Below are positions 26,570 through 39,509 of a stretch of DNA of 64,000 nucleotides, piece by piece. This DNA is from the human T2T-CHM13v2.0 reference genome, Homo sapiens, in assembly GCF_009914755.1 (NCBI RefSeq), contig NC_060925.1; one strand, given 5' to 3'. The stretch's first letter is position 1, and each line of letters starts with the position of its first letter. The notes under the pieces were generated by a model. The model was given only the letters and a program-made list of their open reading frames with translations, did not search any database and was not told the origin of the DNA. The translations under genes and the position numbers were made by a program.

Positions 26570-29269
26570 AAGGCCTTGAGAAGTATTACTGGGAATAAAC
26601 CTGTTTAAATTGCTTAACCCAATATTCCCCAAACTTATTGGACGATGGCCTGCTTTGCCCCATAAGGCTTAATAATAGTCCAACAGAACACACATAATAT
26701 ACAACCCACTTTGGAAAATGCTGCCTGAGGGAAATCTTTTGCTAATTACTAGGGCTACCACTGCTGCTCTGGGGACAGAGATACTCCTATTTAGAGTTCT
26801 GAACAAACATGAGTCAGGACCCTGTCCTGCCAACCCTATAGCACAGCTGAGACCAGGGGGAATATTTAAATAAGATTTCCTGAATGCTGGGGGTAACAAA
26901 AGAGAAAACCCAAAAGGGATATAAAGATGCAAAATAACATAAAACTGGATAATTCTGATGCCGAAGAACTTTTTTGCAGTGGTTTTGATTTGGGGAGAGT
27001 ATAGGGATGCTGCTTTGGCTACCCCTGGCCACTACCATGTAGTCCCAAAACATCTCTAAACCCCCACACCCCAGAGCACATTGCAATGACTCTAGGCTTC
27101 TCTCCAGAGAGCAAGACCCAACTGTGAAAGAACTCTTTGTCTCAGATGGTTTTTCTCAAATGACCAAGATCTGGACAATGGCCTTTTGAGCCTCTGTAGA
27201 ATAATTGTGTCCAACTATAGCTGGGTGACTCTGGTATTAGTGCAAAAGACAAACATAATAGAAGGCAAAGAGGCCAACTTCTTCCCTTCGCCTGAGTCAG
27301 GATGACAGCCTCATCCTCACCATGCAGCTGTGCACAATTAAGGATCACATCAAAAAAGGGGGCACAGGGTTAGTGCAGGTTTCCCCACACAGGCAGGAAA
27401 TGCATCACACTTGTTTCGCAGGAGTTACACAGAGAATCACATTAATGGGAAAGATCATTTCATTGTATTCCCCCATTTCTAGCCTTCCTTCCCTAATATC
27501 TACTTGTTGTTATGACTATTATCATTATTTTACATACCTTTTTCACATGAATGGTTGGCTATAAAGCAGTACTTGTTTTGCTTTATTGCCATTTGCCTTA
27601 TGTAGGCCATTAAGACTTTACCACTCAAGCAAAGAGGCTTAATTTTATTTTTAACTAAGAAGGTTCTACAATTTTAAGACATTTGTAAACTCCAGCTGAA
27701 AGGTATTTAGTCTTTCTATGGAGAGAAAAGGACTCAATGGTCCTGGCTATTGAGCAGGGGGTCACAGTGACATTTCAAAAGTCCCTTGAAGGGTTAGCCT
27801 GGCTGTGGATTCTTAGAAAAAGCACAGAAAAAGAGCAAGAGAGAGAAAAAGATAACTGCAAGATGAAAAGAACATTTAGAGAAGAAGGAACTCATGAAGG
27901 ATATGTGACAGACACACACAGAAAAGTGACTGCCAGCTCAAGAGTCCAGGTTTCAGAGTAATTACTTGATGCTAGACTGCCCACGCTCCTCACTGAGCTG
28001 ATTCGTCTTGACAAGGAGGGAAAGGGGCTGGGGAGGGGAGCCGACTTATTGTCTCCACCACACTGGTGAATATGGTATGAATGCTTCTTTATGATAGGGA
28101 GAATGGTGATGTGAACTCTATTGATATTCATAATATGCCAAAGCCAGCCTCCCCGTAACAGACTCTAAGAGCATTCACAAAAGCTTTAGTAAGGGGCACC
28201 GAGAGAGGTGTGTGTCTCTTCATGGGATCTGAATGGAGCCCTTTTTTTCTAAGGGCGACCACAGGCTCATACCAAGCTATCTTCCCCCCTGAAGCTACAG
28301 AGTTGCTTTATTAATAAGCTGAACAGGTGAGCCAGAAGGAAATATCTTTAAGGAAGTTTCTATAATTTCTATTCAATGATTGAAGAGGATGCCACCTCCT
28401 CCCACCAGGGCAAAGGATAGCAAGTACTCCCCAGGCAGCCTCAAAAAGGAAGGTAAATGCATTCTGGGGATTGGCAGGGTGTTCAGAGAAGGGAAAATGT
28501 CACTCTGAAGACTGAGCAGCAGGCAACACCCTCCCCTCTGGCTGAGCCTTCAGCAGTTTGTGGATGCTCCGCAGAACTGTGACAGCTGGAAGCAGGTGAA
28601 CTGGTGCAGATAAAAGAACCCACCCCCGCCTTTGGAAGCATGAAAACAATCTCCACTAACCTTTATATGAGGCATTTATTCTCTTCCAACCATTGTCTCT
28701 GCCTTTCCAAAGCCCTGGATAGAGCCAGCGTTGTAAATACCAATGTGCCCATTAAAAATGTATGGATGCAAGCCCAACTGTGCCAAAGTCCCTTGGTCTT
28801 CAGTGGGACAGCAATCGGGGGGAAAGAATTGAAATCAAATGGACCCACTTGGGGATCACCTGCCTCTACACATTGTTCTCTGCAATCATCGCTGACCCAA
28901 AATGGAACCATCTGACGGGGAATGGGCTGTGCGGTCCAGACAGAGTCAGTGCCATATGGAAGAGGCATTCCAATTGCCCATTGCAATACATAAAAACAAT
29001 TCAGGATTCTAACTCTATTTCCTTGGCAATCGAGTTTAACTATCACCAGGCTCACCATAATCAAATTCTGCTGCTGTATTTATTAAATATAAGTTGATAA
29101 ACATATGGCTCAAGAGATGGGAAATAGGATGGGCAGTTGGTCTTAGCAGGGTTATTATTCTTCAGGTCTGCCCCCTGGTATTTAAGGCCAGCAGCAATTG
29201 CTAGGCCAATGGCTGCCCAGAGGCTATGAAGAATGGATCTTCTGTCATGAAAGCGGGTTCCCTTAATAG

Positions 29270-29345
29270 TATATAGTTGGTTAGAAATTATGACTAAAGA
29301 GGTCAAGACCGTGGGTTCAATTCTGGGAACATATAGCTCTTGTCT
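29270..29345 (+). mobile_element. tRNA-derived SINE head (MamSINE1-like)
   Basis: A-box-like TAGTTGGTTAGA and B-box-like GGTTCAATTC with GAGGTCAAGACCGTG between them; no cloverleaf. Confidence 0.5.
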
Positions 29346-30619
29346 CCTCTTTATTCAGCCAACATTTTACTAAACACCTACTATGTACCATGTCCAGCAC
29401 TAGAACTCAAAGATACTGAGCTAAGTAAATAATGAGCAAGATACTTGCCTAGAAGCAGCTTTGTCTAAAGTAAAGAAGAACAGAAGAATATAAATTTAGT
29501 GTGGTTTGTGCTGTGAAATAAATGGGCACAGATTGATATATTTGGAAGCTAAGATGGGGGATCAACTAAAATAGAATGGTTTCCAATATTCATGCAAAAA
29601 TTTACAGTTTATATAATAGCTAAGCCTCAAACAGAACTGAGAAGTAGAGATGTGTTTATTTTCACAAGGGAGGTAATGGAAGTCAGTCTCTAACTATCCA
29701 AGGTTATAAAGCCAATGAGTGACAGTCCTGGGAAAACACACTGCTCACCCGAGCCATGCCAACCAGTCCACACATGAGATGCTATCCCATCCTGAGAGCC
29801 CATTGGCAGATCAGGGCAGTGCCTTCCCAAGACTCAGAGCTCAGCTCCCTGACTAATGACTCTGCCATAGCATCTTCTATTTATTAATTATGTGGACTGT
29901 GGTCCTCATTATTCATGGTTCATTGCACAGAACCCAAAATCACTAGAAATGCACTGAAAAGTGTTCATTGTAAAGAGTGGCAGATTTTTAGACATACCTG
30001 TGCATTTATGTATCCTTCCCAAACTCCAAAAACATGACAAAAAAGAGATTTTTTTAAAGCTACATACATTTATAAAGATAAAGAAAAAATGAAAGAGGAA
30101 AATAGCCACAGAATTTTAGAGCTAGAAGAAGATGAGCAAGTGATAATGAACTTAGGAGTATTTGTGAAATGTCTATATATGAATATATTAAGCAGATAGG
30201 TTCTCAGATTCCCCTCTACTATTCTGCAAAACTAGGCAATTGTCAGCTCCAACCCTAATGGAAGACTCCTAAGAGGTACTTCAGGCTCCCTGACATGAGG
30301 CTCAGCAGAGGCCATAGCATCTGCTGAAAGCAGTGGGGATAAGTGGAAGTTGGCATAGTGAACCAGAAGACCTGGGTCCCCTTACCCAGCTCAGTTCCAA
30401 GAACTCTGGTTGCCAGGTTTATACCCTCAGGCAAGAGACTAAGCAGCCCAAGACCTCCTGCACTTGGGGGCTATATAATGAAATGTCCAGCAGAATACCT
30501 ACAGAGAAGCCCACCTGCCAGCAAACCAATGCAAACATGCAGAGCATCCTATCAGCATTTTAACTCCTCACTGTTAAAATATCATGAAATGTTTCAGGAA
30601 TGCCTCTAACATGAAAGAA

Positions 30620-32510
30620 AGAGACCCAAACAAACACCTAACTACAAATAGGAAAAAGGTGCAGAGACGAAGAAGGAAGGAGAAAAGCATTTAAAAAAAA
30701 TTCCTGTAATTACTATATTCAGAAAGAGGAAAGGAGCTACTGCATGTATAATAACAACAGTTGACGTTTACAGAGAACTTTCTATGGGCTAGGCACTGCT
30801 CCAAGTGCCTTCATAGCAGCTTACTGAGTCTTCACAATAACCCTACATGAAGTGGATGGTATTATTATCCCCATTTTACAGTTGAAGAAACTGAGCCACA
30901 TAGCATGTAACTTTGTTGTCAAATGTCACACAGCTGGTTAAGCAGTTGAGCTGCAGTTTGTACCCAGGAAATCTGCTTCTTCGGTTTATAATCTCAACCT
31001 CCATGCAAACTATGCTGCTCTAATGCAAATAAGAGGCCATAAAAAGGAACATTTAGAAAACAAGAAAGAGTTACTGGGAATTAAAACTACAATTGCAGAA
31101 ATGAAACATTCATTCTTGAAAAATAAAGTTGAGGAAGTATTTCAGAAAGCAAAACACACAGAGAAAGAAAGAGCGAGAATAGGAGGGAATATATAAAAAC
31201 AAACACCACGCCCTTGTCCAAAAATCTACAGGATCAACCCAGTGGGTCCATCCAAAAAAAAATAGGTGTTTCAGAAAAGAAAAGATATTATGAAGAGGAG
31301 GAAACTACTACAGAAGTAATTAGACAATTTCGCAGAACTGAAAGACCTGAGTTTTTAGAATGAAAGCACCCACTATGTGTCCGGTGTTATTAATGAAAAA
31401 GAATTCATAGGCACAACATTTTGAAATTTCAGAATGCTGGGAAACTGAGAATATGCTAAATGTTTTCCAAAGACAAAAAAAAAAAAACAACCAACAATCA
31501 AAAATAAAAGATTGGGATTCAAACAATTACACTTTCTCAACAATACATGGAAACTAGAAGACAGTGGAGAGATGACCCTAAGGTTCAGAGAGAAAACTAT
31601 TTCTATGGGCAGTTGATTAGGGAGAATAAAATAAGGATTTATAAGAATAAAATAAGGATCCTTTTTAAGGATATAAGAGTTATCTAAAATGTATCTCTGA
31701 CTCATGCACCCTCTTGGAAAGCTACTGGAAGATCTGAGAGTAAATCGATAAAGAGAGAGAAATGGGATCTAGAAAATCAGGGAATCCAACACAGAGGCAA
31801 ATGTAAGGGACCCCTGAGGATAAGAGTTCAGGAAGATCCAAGAAGCAGGGAGCTGGGAAGCAGACCTAGAGAGCAGCCACCAAATGTCCAGAGAGATGAA
31901 GGCTTTGAGAGAGATGTACCAAGAAACAAAGGGGAGTCAGTGGGTTACCTGATGTGTTTTGAAGATGTTGAGAGGAGACCTAGTTTGGAGATGAATTAGA
32001 GATAGTCGCATGTATAACTCAATTAAAAAGTATATAGGCAAATTAGGAGTTAAATTATTAACTCCAGGAGAAAAATGTACAGGAAAAAAGTTGTAGCGCT
32101 ACCTATGACTCAGCAGTGTAGGTATGTTATTTATAACCCCAAAGTAATATAAACAATGCAGAGTATTCTAATAAAAAATTGTGATATAACTATAGTGGGA
32201 AAATGTGGGCAAGGGAATGTGGATGTGTGTGCAAGCAATCTCAAGAGGCTGTGTATGTATCAGCCCAATGTTTATTTGTTTATAGTAGAAAACTCAATAG
32301 ATTATGCCTAAAATAGAAAAACTAGTAAACATGTTATTTAAAATTATTGAGGTAACCACCAAAAGAATAATTAAAATAATTGAAAGCAATTGCCTCTGGG
32401 AAGAACCCGGGGTTGAGGATAACTGAGAGTTTTATTGTAAGCCTCATAGAACTATTTGAATTATTTGAACTAGGTACACCTTTTCAAAAATTGAAATGTT
32501 GAAAAAGAGA
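30620..32510 (+). mobile_element. HAL1-like element (ORF1-only L1 derivative), decayed, interrupted by a MIR
   Basis: A-rich ORF1-like text, then CATGCACCCTCTTGGAAAGCTACTGGAAGAT...GGGAATCCAACACAGAG as in the HAL1 consensus I recall; no ORF2 motifs seen. Confidence 0.7.
30755..31020 (-). mobile_element. MIR SINE, near full length
   Basis: TATTATTATCCCCATTTTACAGTTGAAGAAACTGAG...GTCACACAGCTGGT. Confidence 0.88.
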
Positions 32511-32596
32511 ACTATAATTGTCTTACTGAAGGCAGCAGGCAGTACACACTAAAGGGTCCTTTTTGACTGGACTAATACAGCTCCTTAAAAGTGGAA

Positions 32597-32839
32597 TCTC
32601 ACTTATTAGGTTGGAGCTGAGTAATGAGAACTCATGGACACATGGGAGGGATCAACACACACGCGGACCTGTCAGAGGGTTGTGGGGAGGGAGAGCATCA
32701 GGAAGAACAGCTAATGGGTGCTGGGCTTAATGCCTGGGTGATGGGTAGATCCGCAGCAAACCACCATGGCACACATTTACCTATGTAACAAACCTGCACT
32801 TCCTGCAGGTGTGCCTCGGAACTTTAAAGTTGATTTTTA
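32597..32839 (+). mobile_element. 5'-truncated L1PA (about PA11-13), 3' UTR only
   Basis: GAGAGCATCAGGAAGAACAGCTAATG...TGTAACAAACCTGCAC; TSD AAAAGTGGAA at 32587-32596 and 32840-32849. Confidence 0.9.
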
Positions 32840-33789
32840 AAAAGTGGAAGCTGGGCCCAATCAGTTATAGAGGAAGGGTACTCAGCCTGCTTGTGCTAGA
32901 ATTCAACCCTCAGTGAGACGGAGCTTTTCTGGCCAGGTGATCTCGTTTCTGCCAGCCACAAATGCCGAGAAACCCATTGTTAATAGATCCTAAGGGACGC
33001 AACAGGAAGAACTAGGAGAAGCAGGATTTTACTGTGTGTGAATCAGACCGAGCCCAGTCTGCTTTCCCAAAGGATAAAAGGCTTTTTTCACTCTAAGTAG
33101 GATTTTTTTCCCTTATGTGCCAGTTGTTTCTCATAACAGCACTGTTTACGGAAGGAGAATAGAGGTTTTGGACGACATAAGGAAGAGGTAACTTTTCTCA
33201 TCGGCCTCAAATTCTCAAAGCCAATGTTGAATAGATTTGTTCTTAACCTTATTAATCAGCAAGTAAAAGAGCAAAAATTGAATTTGTGTAATGGAACTAG
33301 ACACTATGGGTAGATTTAAAAGCAACCAATGAGGTTTACGTACTGGTAGAAGAGATAGTCAATGCACATATGTCAGGCACATACCTGTGTGCATAAATTT
33401 TCTTCAAGTATCCAAATGAAGGGACCATTATTTGAGTAAGCTGTCTGGCTTCGCCTCTGGTACCCAGGGGAAGAGGAATGACTTCTTTGGTTGGTGGGTT
33501 CTGGAGAAGGAATTGAGTGTATACAGATCAGCCCCTTCTTTTCTCTCTCTTTTTGGAGTGGCAACTTGCTCATTGGGAAGATGCGTTCTCTGCTTTTCTT
33601 GGGGGTAAATTTTAGATGAAGAGCCCATTGGAGTGGCTGGTATCTTTCAATTAGGCCTGGGTTAGCAAGTTTAATTCTGAGGCGCATTAGCAAGCCTACT
33701 TACCCAGAGATCTATACCATGTCCTCTAATCTAGGTTTCTTTTCGTTCCAATAATAGAGCTGCCTTTCTGATCTCCAACTGCCTGTTAT

Positions 33790-34585
33790 CCCCTTGTACC
33801 TCAACGGTATCATGTGTCTCCCACCAGGCTGTCCATTTCTGGGACATGCCAAGCTATTTCTTCCTCTGAGCCACCACATCTGCTATCTCCTCTGCCTTTG
33901 CTGATTTAAACCACAGTCCTACAACTTTGTATGACTGGTTCCTCACTTTTTTGTTTTCAAACATTACCACCTCAGGGAGGCCTTTCTAGATTATTCTATC
34001 TAGAACAGGCCCATATCTGCTTGCTTTTTAAATCAATCACAGCTCCCTGTTTATCGTATTTATAGCACTAATCACAGTTTAAAGTCAGCCCTCTGTATCT
34101 GTGGGTTATGCATCCACAAATTCAACCTACTAAAGAAAAGAAATATTTGGAAAAAAATTATAGTTGCATCTCTACTGACCATGTAGAGACATTATTCCTT
34201 GAACTTATTCCCTAAACAATACAGTATAATACCTATTTACATAGCATTTACATTGCATGAGATATTATAAGTAATATAGAGGTAATTTAAAGTATACAGG
34301 AGGATGTGAATAGGTATATGCAAATATTACATAATTTTATATAAGGGACTTGAGCATCCACAGATTTTGGTGTCCAAAGGGGTCCTGAAACCAATTCCAC
34401 ACAGATAATAAGGGCCAATTTCATATTCTCATCTATTTACTAGTTTATTGTATTCTATCTTCCCTCTCTAATAAAAGTTACATGGGGGCAAAGACTTCAT
34501 CTTGTTCTTTATTTTATTTCCAGCACCTACCATAATGTCTTGCACATAGTAAGTATGCAATAAATATTTATCCACTCAATTAATG
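33790..34585 (+). mobile_element. L2 3' end relic split by MER2
   Basis: TTTCCAGCACCTACCATAATGTCTTGCACATAGTAAGTATGCAATAAATATTT L2 terminus. Confidence 0.6.
34082..34420. mobile_element. MER2-like TcMar-Tigger MITE
   Basis: AGTCAGCCCTCTGTATCTGTGGG...ATAAGGGACTTGAGCATCCACAGATTTTGGT...GGTCCTGAAACCAAT; about 340 bp. Confidence 0.85.
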
Positions 34586-34615
34586 AGGTTATTGTTTTCT
34601 ACAAAAGAAACTTAA

Positions 34616-34920
<305 letters not shown>

Positions 34921-35892
34921 TTAATTCAGGTTTTGAAGCATAGAATAGCTCTATTGCTAATATTGGCAAATAGCTCAACAAATGATACTTCTTCAAAGAT
35001 CCCTTTCCCTCTGTTTCATTAGTTCACCAGTTGACTCCTGGTCAGCAGTAAGCTGATAGCACTGGGGCTTCTCTTACCACCCTGGTAGGTGTACCTGGTT
35101 CTTACTTGGGATATTCTGCCTTATCTACCTCCTCTCTCTAACCTGTGACCTGAGTCCTCATTGCAAACTATATTTAGCTGCTGGATGCTTTTGCATCCAG
35201 CCACCATTTTGGTTATTATTTGCTGTTTCATTCCATTAAAATCTACCTTTTGGATTGTTTTCCTATTTCACTCCTTTTTTCCCATTTTCACTCTACATTC
35301 AATCTTGTTTTTGTAATACTCTGTCTCAAGAGAGTCTGTGCCACTGCATTTCAACTCCTCCTCCAATCTGGAGATCATTTTTTCCTTAGTACTTCTCCTT
35401 CATGGCTTCACAGCACTTTATATTTAAAAATTAATATCTATATACCTTTAAAGATTTTTAAAAGTCATGAAGACACTATATGAAATCATGAAGCTACTAC
35501 ATTTATATTTTATTAGAAATAATCTTCATCCACAGTCTAAGTGGCATCCCTCGAATTTCTAATCATAGTTCTAGAAGGATTCTATGCTATCCCTTGAAGG
35601 GCTTGTGAGTCAAACTCTGCAATTGGAAGGTAGAAAATGGGTCAAAGGGCTCCCTCTGGAGCTAGAAGTCTCTATGGATCCTCTACCTTAGATGTTCCAG
35701 TCAGAACAAGGACAAGGCAAATCACAGCAGATTTTGTTCTCATGAGATTTTGAGTTCAACCCAACTAAATGTGACCTATAAGGCTCCTAGGTAGTTCACA
35801 GTCATTTTTAGACATTTCTGAAACTAATGTGAGATGTAGAGTTTATAGAAATTTACCCGTCATGACTCATTCGTGTATATCAATATATGGCT

Positions 35893-35894
<2 letters not shown>

Positions 35895-35934
<40 letters not shown>
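35895..35934. repeat. (GT)n microsatellite, about 20 units
   Basis: Seen directly. Confidence 0.98.
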
Positions 35935-35937
<3 letters not shown>

Positions 35938-36081
35938 AAACTTATTTAAGGCAGAGCTGTAAATGCCCTTGAAAATAGAAAATTAGATATCCAACTGAAA
36001 GCAGGGCTCCAAATTAGAATATACTTCATTGGGGGTGTTATCTTTGATCTTTCTTTCCTAAGAGGAGTGGTCTAGAAATAT

Positions 36082-36795
36082 TGAGAGGTAAAGCCAGCTG
36101 GACTTCCTGGGTCGAGTGGAGACTCGGAGAACTTTTCTGTCTAGCTAGAGGATTGTAAATGCACCAATCAGCACTCTGTAAAAATGCACCAATCAGCACT
36201 CTGTGTCTAGCTAAAGGACTGTAAATGCACAAATCAGCACTCTGTAAAAATGCACCAATCAGCACTCTGTAAAATGGACCAATCAGCTCTCTGTTAAATG
36301 GACCAATCAGCAGGATGTGGGCAGCACCAAATAAGGGAATAAAAGCTGGCCATCTGAGCCAGCAGCGGCAACCCGCTTGGGTCCCCTTCCATGCTGTGGA
36401 AGCTTTGTTCTTTCCCTCTTCACAATAAATCTTGCTGTTGCTCACTCTTTAGGTCCACACTACCTTTATGAGATGTGACACTCACTGAGAAGGTCTGCAG
36501 CTTCATTCCTGAAGTCAGCAAGACCACAAACCCACCAGGAGAAACAAACAACTCTGGATGTGCCATATTTAAAAGCTGTAACACTCACTGTGAAGGTCTG
36601 CAGCTTCACTCCTGAAGTCAGTGAGACCACGAACCCACTGGAAGGAAGAAACTCCAGACACATCTGAACATCTGAAGGAACAAACACCGGACACACCATC
36701 TTTAAGAACTGTAACACTCATTGCGAGGGTCCGCGCCTTCATTCTTGAAGTCAGTGAAACCAAGAACCCACTGGAAGTAACCAATTCCGGAAATA
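36082..36795 (+). promoter_or_regulatory. 5' LTR12 (714 bp) with CCAAT-repeat enhancer/promoter
   Basis: TGAGAGGTAAAGCCAGCTGG start; six (C/A)CAATCAGC-type units; GGAATAAAAG promoter box; AATAAA at ~36424; three TGT(G/A)ACACTCA U5 repeats. Confidence 0.95.
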
Positions 36796-36798
36796 TTT

Positions 36799-36816
36799 TG
36801 GCAACCATGAAGGGAC
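36799..36816 (+). promoter_or_regulatory. Primer-binding site, tRNA-Arg type
   Basis: TGGCAACCATGAAGGGAC versus ERV9 PBS TGGCGACCACGAAGGGAC; both differences are CpG decay. Confidence 0.88.
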
Positions 36817-37696
36817 CATCACCAAGTGGTGAGTACCATCAGATCTCTTTCGCTTGCTATTCTGTCATATTTATCCTTAGAATATCCTTAGAATTCGGGG
36901 GCTGAATACTGGGCACCTGTCAGCCAGTTAAAAGTGACTAGCGTGGCTGCCGGACTAAAGTCATGGGTGTCAGGCTTTCTGGGAAAGAGCTCTCTAACAA
37001 TCCCTGACTCTTTGGAGTTAGGAGCATTGGTTTGCCTGGAACCAGTTTCTGCTTTTCTTATACTTCTGGGCTGAGCCAAGGGTTGACAGAGAGGAAAGCC
37101 ATTCAGGTTCGGGATCCCGACAAAAAGCTGGTTGACCCTGTAGCCATGAGCAGAACTCTCAAAGTCACGTCGCCCAAGCAAGACTCACCCATCTATCCTA
37201 TCTATCCTGACCCTTGCCTCCTGGGTCCTAATGCCTGTCAGACAAACTTCCTTTTGCCTTTCTTCTCCAAGGCTAGTCCCACTTCTAAAAACTACTCCCT
37301 CTCTTGGTGCTTTTCTAGTTTCTCCTATAAGAATGATTTCTAGTAAAAACTTCAGGACTCTATTCCCTTCTTTAGTCACCTGGGCTCACCAATCAGAAAG
37401 ACATAATTTTTGCCCAAAGCCCTGTTGGGGGTGGAGGGGGACTATCTTACCTGGAATTTTGGGATCCCTCCTCAGACTAGCAGGCCTAACAAAAGCTATT
37501 CCTGAAGCTAGGATATGGGGAGCCTCAGAAATGATATCTTTCCTATTCAAGTGAGGACAAAAGGTGTCACTCTTCCAACCCTGGAGTTCCCTTCCCTCCC
37601 TCAGGGTATGGCCCTCCACTTCATTTTGGGGGCATAACATCTTTATAGGACAGGGGCAAAGTCCCAATACTAACAGGAGAATGGTTAGGACTCTAA

Positions 37697-38019
37697 CAGG
37701 TTTTCGACAATGCGTCAGTAAGGGCCACTAAATCTGATTTTTCTTTGTCCTCCTTGTCTAGGAGGACAGGCAAGGGTGCAGGTTTTCGAGAATGTGTCGG
37801 TAAAGGCCACTAAATCCAACATTCCTTGGTCCTCCTTGTGGTCTAGGAGGAAAACTACTGTTTCTACTGCTGCGTCAGTGAGCACAACTATTCCAATCAG
37901 CAGGGTCCAGGGACCATTGCGGGTTCTTGGGCAAGAGGTGTTTCTGCTGCTGAGTCAGTGAGCACAACTATTCTGATCAGCAGGGTCCAGGGACCGTTGT
38001 GGGTTCTTGGGCAGGGGGA
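37697..38019 (+). repeat. Two pairs of ~80-bp tandem repeats in the HERV9 leader
   Basis: CAGGTTTTCGA...GGCCACTAAATC...TCTAGGAGGA twice, then GTCAGTGAGCACAACTATT...CAGCAGGGTCCAGGGACC...GGGTTCTTGGGCA twice. Confidence 0.85.
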
Positions 38020-38060
38020 GAAACAGACAAACCAAAACCACAGGCTGTTTTGTCTTTCAG

Positions 38061-39509
38061 ATGGGAAACACCCAGGCATCAACAGGCTCACCCTTGAAAT
38101 GCATCCTAAGCCATTGGGACCAATTTGACACACAAACCCTGAAAAAGAGGCAGCTCATTTTTTTCTGCACTATGGCCTGGCCCAATATTCTCTCTCTGAT
38201 GGGGAAACTGGCCACCTGAGGGAAGTATAAATTACAATACTATCTGGCAGCTTGACATTTTCTGTAAGAGGGAAGGCAAATGGAGTGAAATACCTTATGT
38301 CCAAAGTTTCTTTTCACTGAAGGAGAATATACAAATATGCAAAGCTTGCAATTTACATCCCACAGGAGGACCTCTCAGCTTACCCCCATATCCTAGCCTC
38401 CCTATAGCTCCCCTTCCTATTAATGATAAGCCTCCTCTAATCTCCCCTGCCCAAAAGGAAACAAGCAAAGAAATCTCCAAAGGACCACAAAACCCCTGGG
38501 CTATTGGTTATCTCCCCTTCAAGCTGTAGGGGGAGGGGAATTTGGCCCAACCTGGGTACATGTCCCCTGCTCCCTCTCTGATTTAAAGCAGGTCAAGGTA
38601 GATCTGAGGAAGTTTTCAGATGATCCTGATAGGTATATAGATGTCCTACAGGGTCTAGGGCAAACCTTTGACCTCACTTGGAGAGATGTCATGCTATTAG
38701 ATCAAACCCTGGCCTTTGATGAAAAGAATGTGGCTTTAGCTGCAGCCTGAGAGTTTGGAGATACCTGGTATCTTAGTCAAGTAAATGATAGAATGACAGC
38801 CAAAGAAAGGGACAAATTCCCTACCAGTCAGCAAGCTGTCCCCAGTATAGATCCCCACTGGGATCTAGACTCAGATCATGGGGACTGGAGTCATAAACAT
38901 CTGCTGACCTGTGTTCTAGAAGGACCAAGGAGAATTAGGAAAAAGCCCATGAATTATTCAATGATGTCCACCAAAACTCAGGGAAAGGAAGAAAATCCTT
39001 CTGCCTTCCTCAAGCAGCTACGGGAGGCCTAAAGAAAATATACTTCCCTGTCACCTGACTCACTCGAGGGTCAATTGATCCTAAAAGATAAGTTTATTAC
39101 CCAATCAGCTGCAGATATCAGGAGAAAGCTCCAAAAGCGAGCCCTAGGCCTGAACAAAATCTGGAGGCATTATTAAACCTGGCAACCTTGGTGTTCTATA
39201 ATAGGGACCAAGAGGAACAAGCCGAAAAGGAAAAGCAAGATCAGAGAAAGGCCACAGCCTTCATCATCCTCAGACAAACAAACCTTGGTCGTTCAGAGAA
39301 CAGAAAATGGAGCAGGCCAATCACCCAGTAGGACTTGTTACCAGTGTTCTTTGCAAGGACACTTTAAAAAAGATTGTCCAACAAGAAACAAGCTGCCCCC
39401 TCGCCCATGTCCATTATGCCAAGGAAATCACTGGAAGGCGCACTGCCCCAGAGGACAAAGGTTCTCTAGGCCTGAAGCCCCCAACCAGATGATCCAACAA
39501 TAGGACTGA
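38061..39509 (+). pseudogene. gag: HERV9 gag, disrupted
   Basis: [23 protein letters not shown] start; QGKEENPSAFL major homology region; CCHC knuckles CYQCSLQGHFKKDC (39336-39377) and CPLCQGNHWKAHC; several stops and frameshifts. Confidence 0.92.

Noticed and set aside
29270-29345. Possible tRNA gene
   Set aside because: Only A/B-box-like motifs; no acceptor or anticodon stems can be paired
36150-36315. Regularly repeated GCACCAATCAGCACTCTG units resembling a CRISPR array (also 42230-42490)
   Set aside because: The intervening sequences are themselves repeats, not unique spacers; no cas genes; this is the LTR12 U3 enhancer array
36038-36445. 135-aa repetitive ORF (LIGAFLQSADWCIY), also at 42027-42567
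   Set aside because: Antisense translation of LTR12 tandem repeats
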